In this document: piece by piece, positions 36,882-45,832 of the stretch
Layout: every line of letters begins with the position of its first letter
How positions within the stretch are numbered: position 1 is the first letter of the stretch
NCBI GenBank assembly: GCA_033549025.1
Contig: JAWSUS010000015.1
Span: 1 to 64,000 of the forward strand
Direction: 5' to 3'
Source: Desulfuromonadales bacterium
Lineage (GTDB): Bacteria > Desulfobacterota > Desulfuromonadia > Desulfuromonadales > SZUA-540
DNA: 64,000 nt
Notes under the pieces: model-generated
Seen by the model: only the letters and a program-made list of their open reading frames with translations
Told to the model about the DNA's origin: nothing
The model's database searches: none
Translations under genes and position numbers: made by a program

Positions 36882-38654
36882 ATGTCTGAGCAGAATGCCC
36901 CCAACTGGCGCCCGCAGCGCGGCGAAGCCCTGCTCTACGACCCCGACACTGGCCGCTGGCTCTACTTCGCCCGCCCCCGGCGCCTGCTGGAAGTCCGCGA
37001 AGCCGGGGCCATTCGCCAGACCCTGCGGCAGCTGGAGGAGGTGGTGGAGGGGAGCGGTCTCTGGGCCGCCGGTTTTCTGAGCTACGAGGCCGCCGCCGCC
37101 TTCGATGAAGCCTGCACCGTGCTGGCGGACGACGACTTTCCCCTGCTGTGGTTCGGGCTCTACGACGAACCTCAGGTGGTGGAACTGCCGGCTCCCCCCG
37201 CCGCCCTGCCCCGCCCGCAGTGGACGGCCGCCTGCGATGAGTCGGCCTTCGCCGAAGCCGTGTCCGCCATTCGCGAACGCATCGCCGCCGGCGAAACCTA
37301 CCAGGTCAATTTCACCTTCCCCCTGCACAGCGACTTTCGTCAGGATCCCTGGCTCTTCTTCCTCGACCTGGTGCAGGGCCAAAAGGCCGGCGGCGCCGCC
37401 TACCTCGATACCGGCCGCTACGCCATCGCCTCGGCTTCCCCCGAGCTCTTTTTCGCGCGTCACGGTCGACACCTCTGGTCCCGGCCCATGAAGGGGACAG
37501 CCCCCCGCGGCCGCACCCTGCCGGAAGACCGGGCCCGGGGCGAGGGACTGCGCTCTTCCGAGAAGGACCGCGCCGAAAACCTCATGATCCTCGACATGAT
37601 CCGCAACGACCTCGGCCGCCTTGGCGGCGCCGTGCGGGTGCCGGCACTCTTTACCCTGGAGAAATATCCGACGGTCTGGCAGCTCACCTCCACGGCCGAG
37701 ACGGAAACGGATGCCCCCCTCGACGCGGTCTTCGCCGCCCTTTTTCCCTGCGCCTCCATCACCGGCGCCCCCAAATACCGCACCATGCAGATCATCGCCG
37801 AGCTAGAGCAGCGCCCCCGCCGCCTCTACACCGGCTGCCTCGGCTATGTGGCCCCGCAGCGCCGGGCCCGCTTCAGCGTCGCCATCCGCACCGCCCTCAT
37901 CGATCGCCAGCGCCAGCTCGGCGAATACGGCGTCGGCGCCGGCATCACCTGGGGCTCCGAGGCCGACAAGGAATATCGGGAGTGTCTGCAGAAAGGCCGC
38001 ATTCTGAGTCAATCGGCTCCCGCCCCGACCCTGCTCGAATCCCTGGCCTGGACGCCTGCGGAAGGGCTCTTTCTGCGGGAGGAACACCTGCGGCGCCTGG
38101 GCGATTCCGCCGCCTACTTCGACCTCCCCTGGTCGCGGCAGGAGGCCATCCGCCAGCTCGACCGCCTCACCACCACCCTGCCGCCTTCTCCTCATAAAGT
38201 CCGTCTGCTCCTCGATGCCGACGGCCACTACCAAGGCGAGGCACTCCCCCTGCTGCCCTCAGCGCCGGGCCCCCTGCGCCTGGGGCTCGCCCCCTTCCCC
38301 GTCGACTCCGCTGATCCCCGCCTCTATCACAAGACCACGCAGCGTCAGCTCTATGACGAGGCCCGACAGGCCTGCCCGGACTGCGACGATGTCATCCTGT
38401 GGAATGAGCGGGGGGAAGTGACCGAAACGACCATCGCCAACCTCGTGGTGGAGCGGGAGGACGGTCGCCTGATCACTCCCGCTCTCGACTGCGGTCTGCT
38501 GCCCGGCACCTTCCGGGCCGACCTGCTGGCCCGGGGCACTATCGAGGAAGGCATCGTGCCCCTTGCAGAGTTATCCGGCTGCCGCCGCCTTTTTCTGATA
38601 AACTCCGTACGGGGCTGGCGGCCAGCCACATTCAGCCGGGAGGCCGGTCTGTGA
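36882..38654 (+). CDS. pabB: Aminodeoxychorismate synthase component I fused to a class-IV aminotransferase/ADC lyase domain
   Basis: GETYQVN, SPELFF, PMKGT, AENLMI.D..RNDL, FPCASITGAPK; C-terminal HKTT.R, ETTIAN, GLLPGT.R, NSVRG. Confidence 0.9.
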   Translation: MSEQNAPNWRPQRGEALLYDPDTGRWLYFARPRRLLEVREAGAIRQTLRQLEEVVEGSGLWAAGFLSYEAAAAFDEACTVLADDDFPLLWFGLYDEPQVVELPAPPAALPRPQWTAACDESAFAEAVSAIRERIAAGETYQVNFTFPLHSDFRQDPWLFFLDLVQGQKAGGAAYLDTGRYAIASASPELFFARHGRHLWSRPMKGTAPRGRTLPEDRARGEGLRSSEKDRAENLMILDMIRNDLGRLGGAVRVPALFTLEKYPTVWQLTSTAETETDAPLDAVFAALFPCASITGAPKYRTMQIIAELEQRPRRLYTGCLGYVAPQRRARFSVAIRTALIDRQRQLGEYGVGAGITWGSEADKEYRECLQKGRILSQSAPAPTLLESLAWTPAEGLFLREEHLRRLGDSAAYFDLPWSRQEAIRQLDRLTTTLPPSPHKVRLLLDADGHYQGEALPLLPSAPGPLRLGLAPFPVDSADPRLYHKTTQRQLYDEARQACPDCDDVILWNERGEVTETTIANLVVEREDGRLITPALDCGLLPGTFRADLLARGTIEEGIVPLAELSGCRRLFLINSVRGWRPATFSREAGL

Positions 38655-38685
38655 TCTGAACTTCCACCCCAGGAGGGATGTTGAC

Positions 38686-39813
38686 ATGCTGTTCGTTCTG
38701 ACTTTTCTGCTCATCTATACCGCCATGCACGCCCTCGTCTTCTGGGGGATGCACCCGCTGCTGGCCGGGCACCCGGCTCTGCCCAGTCTGGCCTGGGTGT
38801 GGATGGGCACCATGATCGTCGCCCCGGTGCTGGTGCGCCTGCTCGACCATGCCGGTCACGAGCTCGTCGCCCGCGCCCTTGCCTGGGTCGGTTACAGCTG
38901 GATGGGCTTCGCCTTTCTCGCCTTCAGCCTCTGCCTCCCCCTCGCCCTCTGGGAGCTGGCCGCCTGGCTGCTGCCCAAAGTGGTCGGCAGCGCCCCCCGC
39001 CTTTCCCTGCACGGCGCCGTCAGCGCCGGCGTCATCCTGCTGGTGACCCTGGCCGGCGGCCTCTACGGCCTGCGGGAAGCCACGGATCTGCGCGTCGAAC
39101 AGGTGCGGCTGACCAGCGCCAAGCTCCCCCCCGGCAGCCCCCCTCTGCGCATCGCCCAGATTTCCGACCTGCACCTGGGGCTGATTCTGCGCGACGAGGC
39201 GCTGGCCCCCATCATCTCCGAGCTGCAGCAGCTGCAGCCCGACCTGGTGGTCGCCACCGGGGATATCGTCGACGCTCAGATCAATCATCTCGACGGCCTC
39301 TCCGAACTGTGGACCCGCATCGATCCCCCCTTGGGCAAATTCGCCATCATCGGCAACCACGAGGTCTACGCCGGCATGGAGCAGGGCCTCGACTTTCTGC
39401 GCCGCAGCGGTTTCCAGGTTCTGCGCAACCGGGCCCACACCGTCGGAGCGAACATCACCCTGGTCGGCGTCGACGATCCGGCCACCCGGCAGGCCGCCGA
39501 AGAAACGGAGCTGCTCAAGACGGTACCGAAGGACCACCTCATCATCCTGCTCAAGCATCGCCCGCGTCTCGGTGCCGGCGCGGATGGTCTCTTCGACCTG
39601 CAGCTCTCCGGCCATGCGCACCGGGGTCAGATCTTTCCCTTCAATCTGCTCACCCGCCTCGAATTCCCCCTGCAGGACGGCCTCCACCGCACCGAAAGGG
39701 GCAGTCATCTCTATGCCAGCCGGGGAACGGGCACCTGGGGACCCCCCATGCGAGTGCTGTCGCCGCCCGAAATCACCCTGCTGGAAATCAGCCCGGCGCC
39801 TGCCAGTCCTTGA
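38686..39813 (+). CDS. Membrane-anchored metallophosphoesterase (YkuE-like)
   Basis: N-terminal TM segments, SDLH, TGD, GNHE, LSGHAHRGQ, GTWGPP.R. Confidence 0.9.
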   Translation: MLFVLTFLLIYTAMHALVFWGMHPLLAGHPALPSLAWVWMGTMIVAPVLVRLLDHAGHELVARALAWVGYSWMGFAFLAFSLCLPLALWELAAWLLPKVVGSAPRLSLHGAVSAGVILLVTLAGGLYGLREATDLRVEQVRLTSAKLPPGSPPLRIAQISDLHLGLILRDEALAPIISELQQLQPDLVVATGDIVDAQINHLDGLSELWTRIDPPLGKFAIIGNHEVYAGMEQGLDFLRRSGFQVLRNRAHTVGANITLVGVDDPATRQAAEETELLKTVPKDHLIILLKHRPRLGAGADGLFDLQLSGHAHRGQIFPFNLLTRLEFPLQDGLHRTERGSHLYASRGTGTWGPPMRVLSPPEITLLEISPAPASP

Positions 39814-39972
39814 TAGGCCAAAAAAGAAACAGTGTTTGATTCTTTTCTGGCCATGGGTTTTTCCTTCTGCTATATTCGACAAATTCAATGTAAGGGGCGA
39901 GATTTCGACGCCTAACGGCAGACCGGTTAGCCATACCCTGATTCGTTTATATTTGAGAAGGAGAGAAGGACG

Positions 39973-40707
39973 ATGAGCGACAAGACCACCCTTTCCTGCG
40001 CCACCTGCAGCGCCGTCTGGAACAAGCTCGGCACCACCAACTGCTGGAGCGACCCCAAAAACCGCCCGGGACAGCCGGGATACTGCCCCTCCCAGCGTGA
40101 GAAGGAGGTCATCGACGATTCCTTCCAAAAATACCGGGGAGACGATGCCGACGCCAAACTGGCGCGGGTGGCGGCGATCGTCGAAGGACTCTGCTACCAG
40201 CCCGTGCCGGGCTCCGATGCCGTCAACGCCCGCTGGACGCGGGTGGAGGACACCATCGCTTTGGCCAAACTCATGGGTTACCGGAAAATCGGCATCGGCA
40301 CCTGCATCGGCCTGCTCGAAGAGACCAAACGGCTGGCCGACATCCTCACGGCGCAGGGGTTCGAGCCCGTCTCCGTCTGCTGCAAGGCCGGCAGCATCGA
40401 CAAGCTCGAGCTCGATATCGACGAAAAATACAAGGTGCGGCCGGGCACCTTCGAACCGGCCTGCAACCCCATCGCCCAGGCCAAGCTCCTCAACCAGGCG
40501 GGCTGCGACATGAACATCATCGTCGGCCTCTGCGTCGGCCACGACATGCTCTTCGCCAAATATTCCGAGGTTCCCGTCACTACCCTGGTCGTCAAGGATC
40601 GGGTCACCGGCCACAACCCGGCGGCCGTGCTCTACGGGCAGAACTTCTACTATAAGCGCCTGCAGAAGCAGCCGGTCATCGTGCCCGACGAGGCTTTCGA
40701 CGAATAG
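39973..40707 (+). CDS. DUF1847 domain-containing Cys-rich protein
   Basis: TRVED, GTCIGL, SVCCKAG, CNPIAQA, GLCVGHD, KDRVTGHNP. Confidence 0.88.
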   Translation: MSDKTTLSCATCSAVWNKLGTTNCWSDPKNRPGQPGYCPSQREKEVIDDSFQKYRGDDADAKLARVAAIVEGLCYQPVPGSDAVNARWTRVEDTIALAKLMGYRKIGIGTCIGLLEETKRLADILTAQGFEPVSVCCKAGSIDKLELDIDEKYKVRPGTFEPACNPIAQAKLLNQAGCDMNIIVGLCVGHDMLFAKYSEVPVTTLVVKDRVTGHNPAAVLYGQNFYYKRLQKQPVIVPDEAFDE

Positions 40708-40730
40708 GAGTCGCCTCTTCGCCTCTCCCA

Positions 40731-40765
40731 AAAGCCCCGGTTTTCACCTGAAACCGGGGCTTTTT
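40731..40765 (+). terminator. Intrinsic terminator
   Basis: aaagccccggttt/aaaccggggcttt stem plus T-tract. Confidence 0.75.
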
Positions 40766-40767
40766 GC

Positions 40768-40807
40768 TTAACCGCCCCTTGACAAACGGCGGTTAAACGA
40801 ATAATAT
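40768..40807 (+). promoter_or_regulatory. Sigma70 promoter of the Lrp gene with an inverted repeat bracketing the -35
   Basis: TTGACA (40779-84), 17 nt, TAATAT; perfect 9-bp arms ttaaccgcc/ggcggttaa. Confidence 0.65.
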
Positions 40808-40831
40808 TCTCCGTCATGGAGATTAGAGAGA

Positions 40832-41296
40832 ATGTTTGACGATATTGACTTGCAGATTCTGCACATCCTTCAGGAAAAGGCCCGAATCCCCAACGCTGAA
40901 GTCGCCCGACAGGTCGGCATGGCCCCCTCAGCTGTACTGGAGCGCATCCGCAAACTGGAGGAGCGAGGCATCATCGAGGGTTACGAGGTGCGCCTCAATC
41001 CGCGTCATTTCGGCCAGAAACTCACCGCCTTCATCCTGGTCGAAGCCAGCCGGGCCGGTAACGGTCGTCTGGCCGGCGAACTTGCCGCCATCACCGGCGT
41101 GCAGGAGGTTCACCAGGTCGCCGGCGAGGATGGCTATCTGGTCAAGATTCGCGTGGCGGGCACCGAGGACCTCGGCCGCATCCTGCGCGACGACTTCATG
41201 GCCATCCAGGGGGTCATCTCAACCCGGACCCAGGTGGTGCTCTCGACCATCAAGGAGACCCGGCGCATTGATCTCGAACCGCCGCCGGGCCCTTAG
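40832..41296 (+). CDS. Lrp/AsnC family transcriptional regulator
   Basis: DDIDLQIL..LQ..AR.PNAEVARQVG...ERIRKLEERGII.GY HTH; VAGEDGY. Confidence 0.93.
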   Translation: MFDDIDLQILHILQEKARIPNAEVARQVGMAPSAVLERIRKLEERGIIEGYEVRLNPRHFGQKLTAFILVEASRAGNGRLAGELAAITGVQEVHQVAGEDGYLVKIRVAGTEDLGRILRDDFMAIQGVISTRTQVVLSTIKETRRIDLEPPPGP

Positions 41297-41378
41297 GCGG
41301 CCACGACCCAACACAATACTTACGAAACGACTGACCTTTTAACTTTTTTCACTAACCCGAAACCAGGAGAATCCCAGC

Positions 41379-42647
41379 ATGCCTATGTCACAAGATTTTA
41401 AAAACCGTCTCTTTCCCGTGGCGAAGGACATCGCCGCCCACTACGGCACCCCCTTTCACATCTACGACGAGACCGGCATCCGCGAGACCGGCGAGAACCT
41501 GAAAAAGGCCTTTGCCGGCATCGACGGCTTTCAGGAATTCTTCGCGGTCAAGGCCCTGCCCAACAAGGCCATCCTGCGCCTGATGAAGGAGTTGGGCTTC
41601 GGCTTCGACTGCAGCTCCATCCCCGAACTCATCCTGGCTCGTGAAGTCGGCGCCAAGCCCGAAGACATCATGTTCACCTCCAACAACACCAGCGAGGAGG
41701 AATTTCTCTTCGCCGCCCAGGACGGCGGCTGCGTCCTCAATCTCGACGACATCAGCCTCATCAGCAAAGTGCCCGTCTTCCCTGAGCTGATCTGCTTCCG
41801 CTACAACCCCGGGCCCCGCCGCACGGGCAACGTTATTATCGGCAACCCGGTGGAGGCCAAGTACGGCGTTACCCACGAGCAGGTCATCGACGCCTACCGT
41901 ATGGCCCAAGAGCGCGGCGCCAAACGCTTCGGTCTGCACACCATGGTCGCCTCCAACGAGCTCGACTACACCTACATGGTAGAGACGACCCGCATGGTGC
42001 TCGAAATCGCCGAACTGGTCGAAAAAGAGCTCGGCATCCGTTTCGAGTTCGTCAACATCGGCGGCGGCTTCGGCATCCCCTACAAGCCCGAGCAGCAGCC
42101 TCTCGACCTGGCGGCCATGTCCAAGGAGATTACCGCCCAGTTCGACGCCTTCAAGGCCAAGCACGATTACGCCCCGCGTATGTACATGGAAAGCGGCCGC
42201 TACATGACCGGCCCCCACGGCGCCCTGGTCACCACCGCCATCAACCACAAGGACACCTACCGCAAGTACGTCGGCGTCGACGCCTGCATGTCCTCGCTGA
42301 TGCGCCCGGCCCTGTACGGCTCCTATCACCACATCGACGTCCTCGGCAAAGAAGACCAGCCTTGTAGCGAGGTCTACGACGTGGTCGGTTCCCTGTGCGA
42401 AAACAATGACAAGTTCGCCATCCAGCGCGAACTCCCCCCTATCGCCGAAAATGACCTCGTCATCATCCACGACACCGGCGCCCACGGGCACGCCATGGGC
42501 TTCCAGTACAACGGCCGCCTGCGTCCCAAGGAGCTGCTGCTGCACGGCGACGGCCGCGTCGAGCTGATCCGCCGGGCCGAGACGGTGGAGGACTACTTCG
42601 CCACCTACAACTTCACTCCGGACACCTTCATGCCGCAAAAGGGCTGA
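41379..42647 (+). CDS. lysA: Diaminopimelate decarboxylase
   Basis: YGTPFHIYD, FAVKA, FDCSS, NIGGGFG, ESGR, RPALYG, GSLCENND, TGAHG. Confidence 0.92.
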   Translation: MPMSQDFKNRLFPVAKDIAAHYGTPFHIYDETGIRETGENLKKAFAGIDGFQEFFAVKALPNKAILRLMKELGFGFDCSSIPELILAREVGAKPEDIMFTSNNTSEEEFLFAAQDGGCVLNLDDISLISKVPVFPELICFRYNPGPRRTGNVIIGNPVEAKYGVTHEQVIDAYRMAQERGAKRFGLHTMVASNELDYTYMVETTRMVLEIAELVEKELGIRFEFVNIGGGFGIPYKPEQQPLDLAAMSKEITAQFDAFKAKHDYAPRMYMESGRYMTGPHGALVTTAINHKDTYRKYVGVDACMSSLMRPALYGSYHHIDVLGKEDQPCSEVYDVVGSLCENNDKFAIQRELPPIAENDLVIIHDTGAHGHAMGFQYNGRLRPKELLLHGDGRVELIRRAETVEDYFATYNFTPDTFMPQKG

Positions 42648-42671
42648 TAAAAACCGCTTCCTGCACACGTC

Positions 42672-42701
42672 AAAAGGCTGCCGACTCCGGCAGCCTTTTT
42701 T
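42672..42701 (+). terminator. Intrinsic terminator after lysA
   Basis: aaaaggctgccg-actc-cggcagcctttttt. Confidence 0.8.
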
Positions 42702-42814
42702 CATGGGAGCCGGTGTCACCCCTCCTTCACCGGAAAAAATCCCAAAAGAGACACTGGCCCGGAAATTGCTTTTTGATGCGCTTATTTCGATGTTTCAAGA
42801 GAAGGAGGTCGAGG

Positions 42815-43561
42815 GTGCGAGCAGCGAAAAAAATCCTGCTGGTCGATGACGTGAAGTTTTTTCTGGATATGGAAAAATCGTTTTTTGCCCGGGAGAACAT
42901 TCAGATTACGACCTCGCAGAGCGCCTGCAAGGTACTTCCGCTCATGCGCGCGCTGCGTCCGGATCTGGTCATCATGGATCTCCACATGCCGGAAATGGAC
43001 GGCGCCGCCTGCTGCCGGCAGATCAAAAGCGATCCGGAGCTCTTTACCACGCCGGTCATACTCATCACCGACAGCGAAGACGAGAACGAAAGGGAGTTCT
43101 GTCGGAAGGCCGGCTGTGATGAAGTCATTTCGCGGCCCCTGAACCGCCATCGCCTGCGCCAGGTGGCGAAAGAATTCCTCCAGATCGCCGAGCGCGCCAC
43201 CCCCCGGGTCAAAACCCGGATGCTGGTGCATTACGGCGTCGAGCATGAAAAGACCCTGCATGACTATTCCGTCAATATTAGCGCCGGCGGCCTCTTTCTG
43301 GAGACACCCCACCCCCTGCCGGTCGACACCCCGGTGACGCTGGAGTTTTTCGTCCCCGGCGCCGAGGAGACGATCCGCTGTAAAGGGCGCGTCACCTGGC
43401 TGAACGCCGCCCTGAGCAAAACCAAGGCGGACTTACCGGCGGGCGTCGGCATCGCCTTTGAGGACATCCCGGCGACCGCCAGTCAGCGCATCCGGGAATT
43501 CATCCACGCCGAATGCGCACCTCACCTGCGCGGAGACCGGGCTCAGCAGGTCGAAGAGTAA
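42815..43561 (+). CDS. Response regulator receiver + PilZ domain protein
   Basis: LLVDD, MDLHMPEMDG; PilZ RxxxR (RATPR) and NISAGG; GTG start after aggagg. Confidence 0.88.
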   Translation: MRAAKKILLVDDVKFFLDMEKSFFARENIQITTSQSACKVLPLMRALRPDLVIMDLHMPEMDGAACCRQIKSDPELFTTPVILITDSEDENEREFCRKAGCDEVISRPLNRHRLRQVAKEFLQIAERATPRVKTRMLVHYGVEHEKTLHDYSVNISAGGLFLETPHPLPVDTPVTLEFFVPGAEETIRCKGRVTWLNAALSKTKADLPAGVGIAFEDIPATASQRIREFIHAECAPHLRGDRAQQVEE

Positions 43562-43605
43562 AAGGAGAAAAAGGGGGAGAAAGAAGGGCGTGGGAGGCGA
43601 GGAGT

Positions 43606-43752
43606 TTACTGGCGAACCACACAAAGCACGATGACATGGCCTTCGGGCTTGTTCTGCATGAATTTCATCTGGGCTTCTACCGGCGTATTGGCTTCGACCA
43701 GCTGTTCGCGAACTTCGCCGTCAATTTCGTAAGATACTTCGTACAGATTCAT
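43606..43752 (-). CDS. Small hypothetical protein, 48 aa (MNLYEVSYEIDGEVREQLVEANTPVEAQMKFMQNKPEGHVIVLCVVRQ)
   Basis: aagga RBS, ATG...TAA, protein-like codon use; absent from the ORF track (<60 aa). Confidence 0.75.
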   Translation of the reverse strand: MNLYEVSYEIDGEVREQLVEANTPVEAQMKFMQNKPEGHVIVLCVVRQ

Positions 43753-43845
43753 AATCTATTCCTTCTGAAAAAACGTCAGCGGCCAGATACTAGCGCCGGA
43801 CGCGGCCGCCTGTCAACCATCTGCCGGCCTGCCTAAAAAATCCGT

Positions 43846-44763
43846 TCAAACCGCCCCGGCCACCTGCCGGCGGCGCACGAAAAAACCGGACAACTCCGAA
43901 AACAACATGCCCGCCAGCATAAGCAGGCAGCCGAGCAGCCCGCGCGCCGACAGGGTTTCCCCGAGAATCAGCCAGCCCCCCAGCGCGGCGAAGGCCCCTT
44001 CCAGGCTGAGAATGATCGCCGTATGGGCGGGATGGGCCTCTCGCTGGGCGACAACCTGCAGGGTGTAGGCGACCCCGACGGACATCAGACCACCGTAGAG
44101 AATAGGCAAGGCCGCTGACAGCAGACCTTGAAGGCTGATGACCTCCAGGGCGACTGCCACGGCCAGACTCAGCAGGGAGCAGACGGCAAACTGGATGCTC
44201 GACAGGCGGATGGCGTCCACGCGAGGGGACAGCCAGCCGATGAGCAGAACGTGCCCGGCCCAGAAAAAGGCCCCCAGCAATTCGAGCAGATCCCCGAAGG
44301 CGATGGTGAACTCTTCCGTCACGCAGAGCAGGTAGAGGCCGAAGACGGCCAAAGTGGCCCCACCCCAGGTACCGGCATGAGGACGCTGTCGCCAGAACAG
44401 CCCCAGGATGGGCACGAGAATCACATAGAGTCCCGTGATGAAACCCGCCTTGCCGGCCGTGGTGTAGACCAGGCCAACCTGCTGCAGGGAGGCGCCGGTA
44501 AAGAGGGCCACCCCCGCCGCCACCCCTCCCCAGAGGAGAAGCTTGACGGACACCGCCGGATCCATGACCGACGCCCGGTTGACGCGGCGCCGGCTCAAAT
44601 ACCACAGGGGCAGCAGGGACAGGCTGCCCAGGGCGAAACGCACCCCGTTGAAGGTGAACGGCCCCACATGGTCCATGCCCAGGCGCTGGGCGACAAAGGC
44701 AAATCCCCAGATCGCCGCGGTCAGCAACAAAAGCACATCGGACTTGATTGCCGCACTTTTCAT
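43846..44763 (-). CDS. DMT/EamA family transporter
   Basis: IWGFAFVAQR, RF, QQVGL..TTAGKAGFITG, YTLQVVAQ, LSLE. Confidence 0.92.
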   Translation of the reverse strand: MKSAAIKSDVLLLLTAAIWGFAFVAQRLGMDHVGPFTFNGVRFALGSLSLLPLWYLSRRRVNRASVMDPAVSVKLLLWGGVAAGVALFTGASLQQVGLVYTTAGKAGFITGLYVILVPILGLFWRQRPHAGTWGGATLAVFGLYLLCVTEEFTIAFGDLLELLGAFFWAGHVLLIGWLSPRVDAIRLSSIQFAVCSLLSLAVAVALEVISLQGLLSAALPILYGGLMSVGVAYTLQVVAQREAHPAHTAIILSLEGAFAALGGWLILGETLSARGLLGCLLMLAGMLFSELSGFFVRRRQVAGAV

Positions 44764-44873
44764 AAGACCCGAACTTTCAGAAACAAATGGACAAAAAGGC
44801 TTTCTTTTCGGCGCGGAAGATACCCCCGAGACCTTGTGAAGTCAAGAGCTCTTGTCGACGGCTGTCCGCTTGA

Positions 44874-44940
44874 GCCTAAAAATCTTCTTGACAAGATTTG
44901 TTTAGGCGCTAAAATTATGACCAATTTAGTAATATTAATC
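44874..44940 (+). promoter_or_regulatory. Promoter of the small rubredoxin-like gene, with a palindrome and an Rrf2/IscR-like site
   Basis: TTGACA (44888-93), 16 nt, TAAAAT; gcctaaaaatctt/aagatt(tg)tttaggc arms; tatgaccaatttagtaata just downstream. Confidence 0.5.
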
Positions 44941-44961
44941 CCAACACCAAGGAGAGAGCCT

Positions 44962-45066
44962 ATGGCACTGTGGAGTTGTGAAAAATGCGGATATGAAAAA
45001 GAAGGGCGCTGCAAGCCCAAGAAGTGTCCGACCTGCAACGAGCAGACGAATTTCGTCAAAAAATAA
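44962..45066 (+). CDS. RCKP-type rubredoxin-like small protein, 34 aa
   Basis: MALWSCEKCGYEKEGRCKPKKCPTCNEQTNFVKK with two CxxC; aaggag RBS. Confidence 0.85.
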   Translation: MALWSCEKCGYEKEGRCKPKKCPTCNEQTNFVKK

Positions 45067-45133
45067 CCGTCTTCCCTGGCGGGCGCTTCCGTCCCCCCTC
45101 CTCGGAGCGCCCGCTTCTTCCTTCCCCTGCACT

Positions 45134-45171
45134 ACAATCAAAGGCCCTCACAAGGGGCCTTTGATTGTTTT
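45134..45171 (+). terminator. Intrinsic terminator
   Basis: acaatcaaaggccc/gggcctttgattgt 14-bp stem plus T-tract. Confidence 0.75.
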
Positions 45172-45466
45172 AGCCTGAAAAAACAGGCCATTAGGCCGCG
45201 ACCCGTTTTTTTTCACCTGGGGACTTTCCATCAGGAAATATCCTGCTAGACTAAACTTAAACGCAAGATTGATCTTTGAAATCTCTGGGATGTTCGATAC
45301 TGGACTTTGGTTTATCCTCAACACCAGGAGTATTTCTTCCCCGGCAAAAAGGCGGTGTGCCAGCCCGCCCTTGAGTGGGACGCCTGAAGCCTTTTTCAGG
45401 GGAAGGTTGTTGGACCGTTTGCGGAAACTCAGGACGAGGTCGACATCCCGGAGAAACTGACAGCAA

Positions 45467-45655
45467 ACGAAGTCGGTGTGACGCGGCCTGACGCCGGACG
45501 CCGTCCATCCCTCCGCCAGGGGCGTACCAACCCCCGTAAAGAAGCGCAGCCTGAACGTGAACAATTGGCCAGGTAAAGTGGCTTGGTCGGCTGAAGCGAT
45601 GAGGGCTCCAGCTCAGCGGATCGGATAAAGCGGGCCCTATTCACATCGACTTCGT
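45467..45655 (+). ncRNA. Unidentified ~190-nt rod-shaped structured RNA candidate
   Basis: 15-bp closing helix (14 WC + 1 GU) and nested stems; followed by a terminator; lies in a 770-bp gap with no credible ORF. Confidence 0.5.
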
Positions 45656-45667
45656 CTTATTGAAAAG

Positions 45668-45700
45668 AGGCTCCATCCCTGACCGGATGGGGCCTTTTTT
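45668..45700 (+). terminator. Intrinsic terminator after the ncRNA candidate
   Basis: aggctccatcc/ggatggggcct stem plus T-tract. Confidence 0.75.
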
Positions 45701-45832
45701 CGTTGCGCGGAATCGGGGACGGGCATAAAATCGCTTCCATTTTCAGCACCGACCATTGCCAGCCCCGGATGATCGGGTAAAAATAAGGAAAACCGAACAG
45801 CGGCCATCACCAAACAAGGGGAGTCCACTTCC

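Noticed and set aside
41297..41378. Lysine riboswitch before lysA
   Set aside because: The gap is only 82 nt, too short, and has no consensus.
45148..45644. Short ORFs in the gap before malic enzyme
   Set aside because: No RBS or motifs and atypical composition; an RNA structure explains part of the region better.
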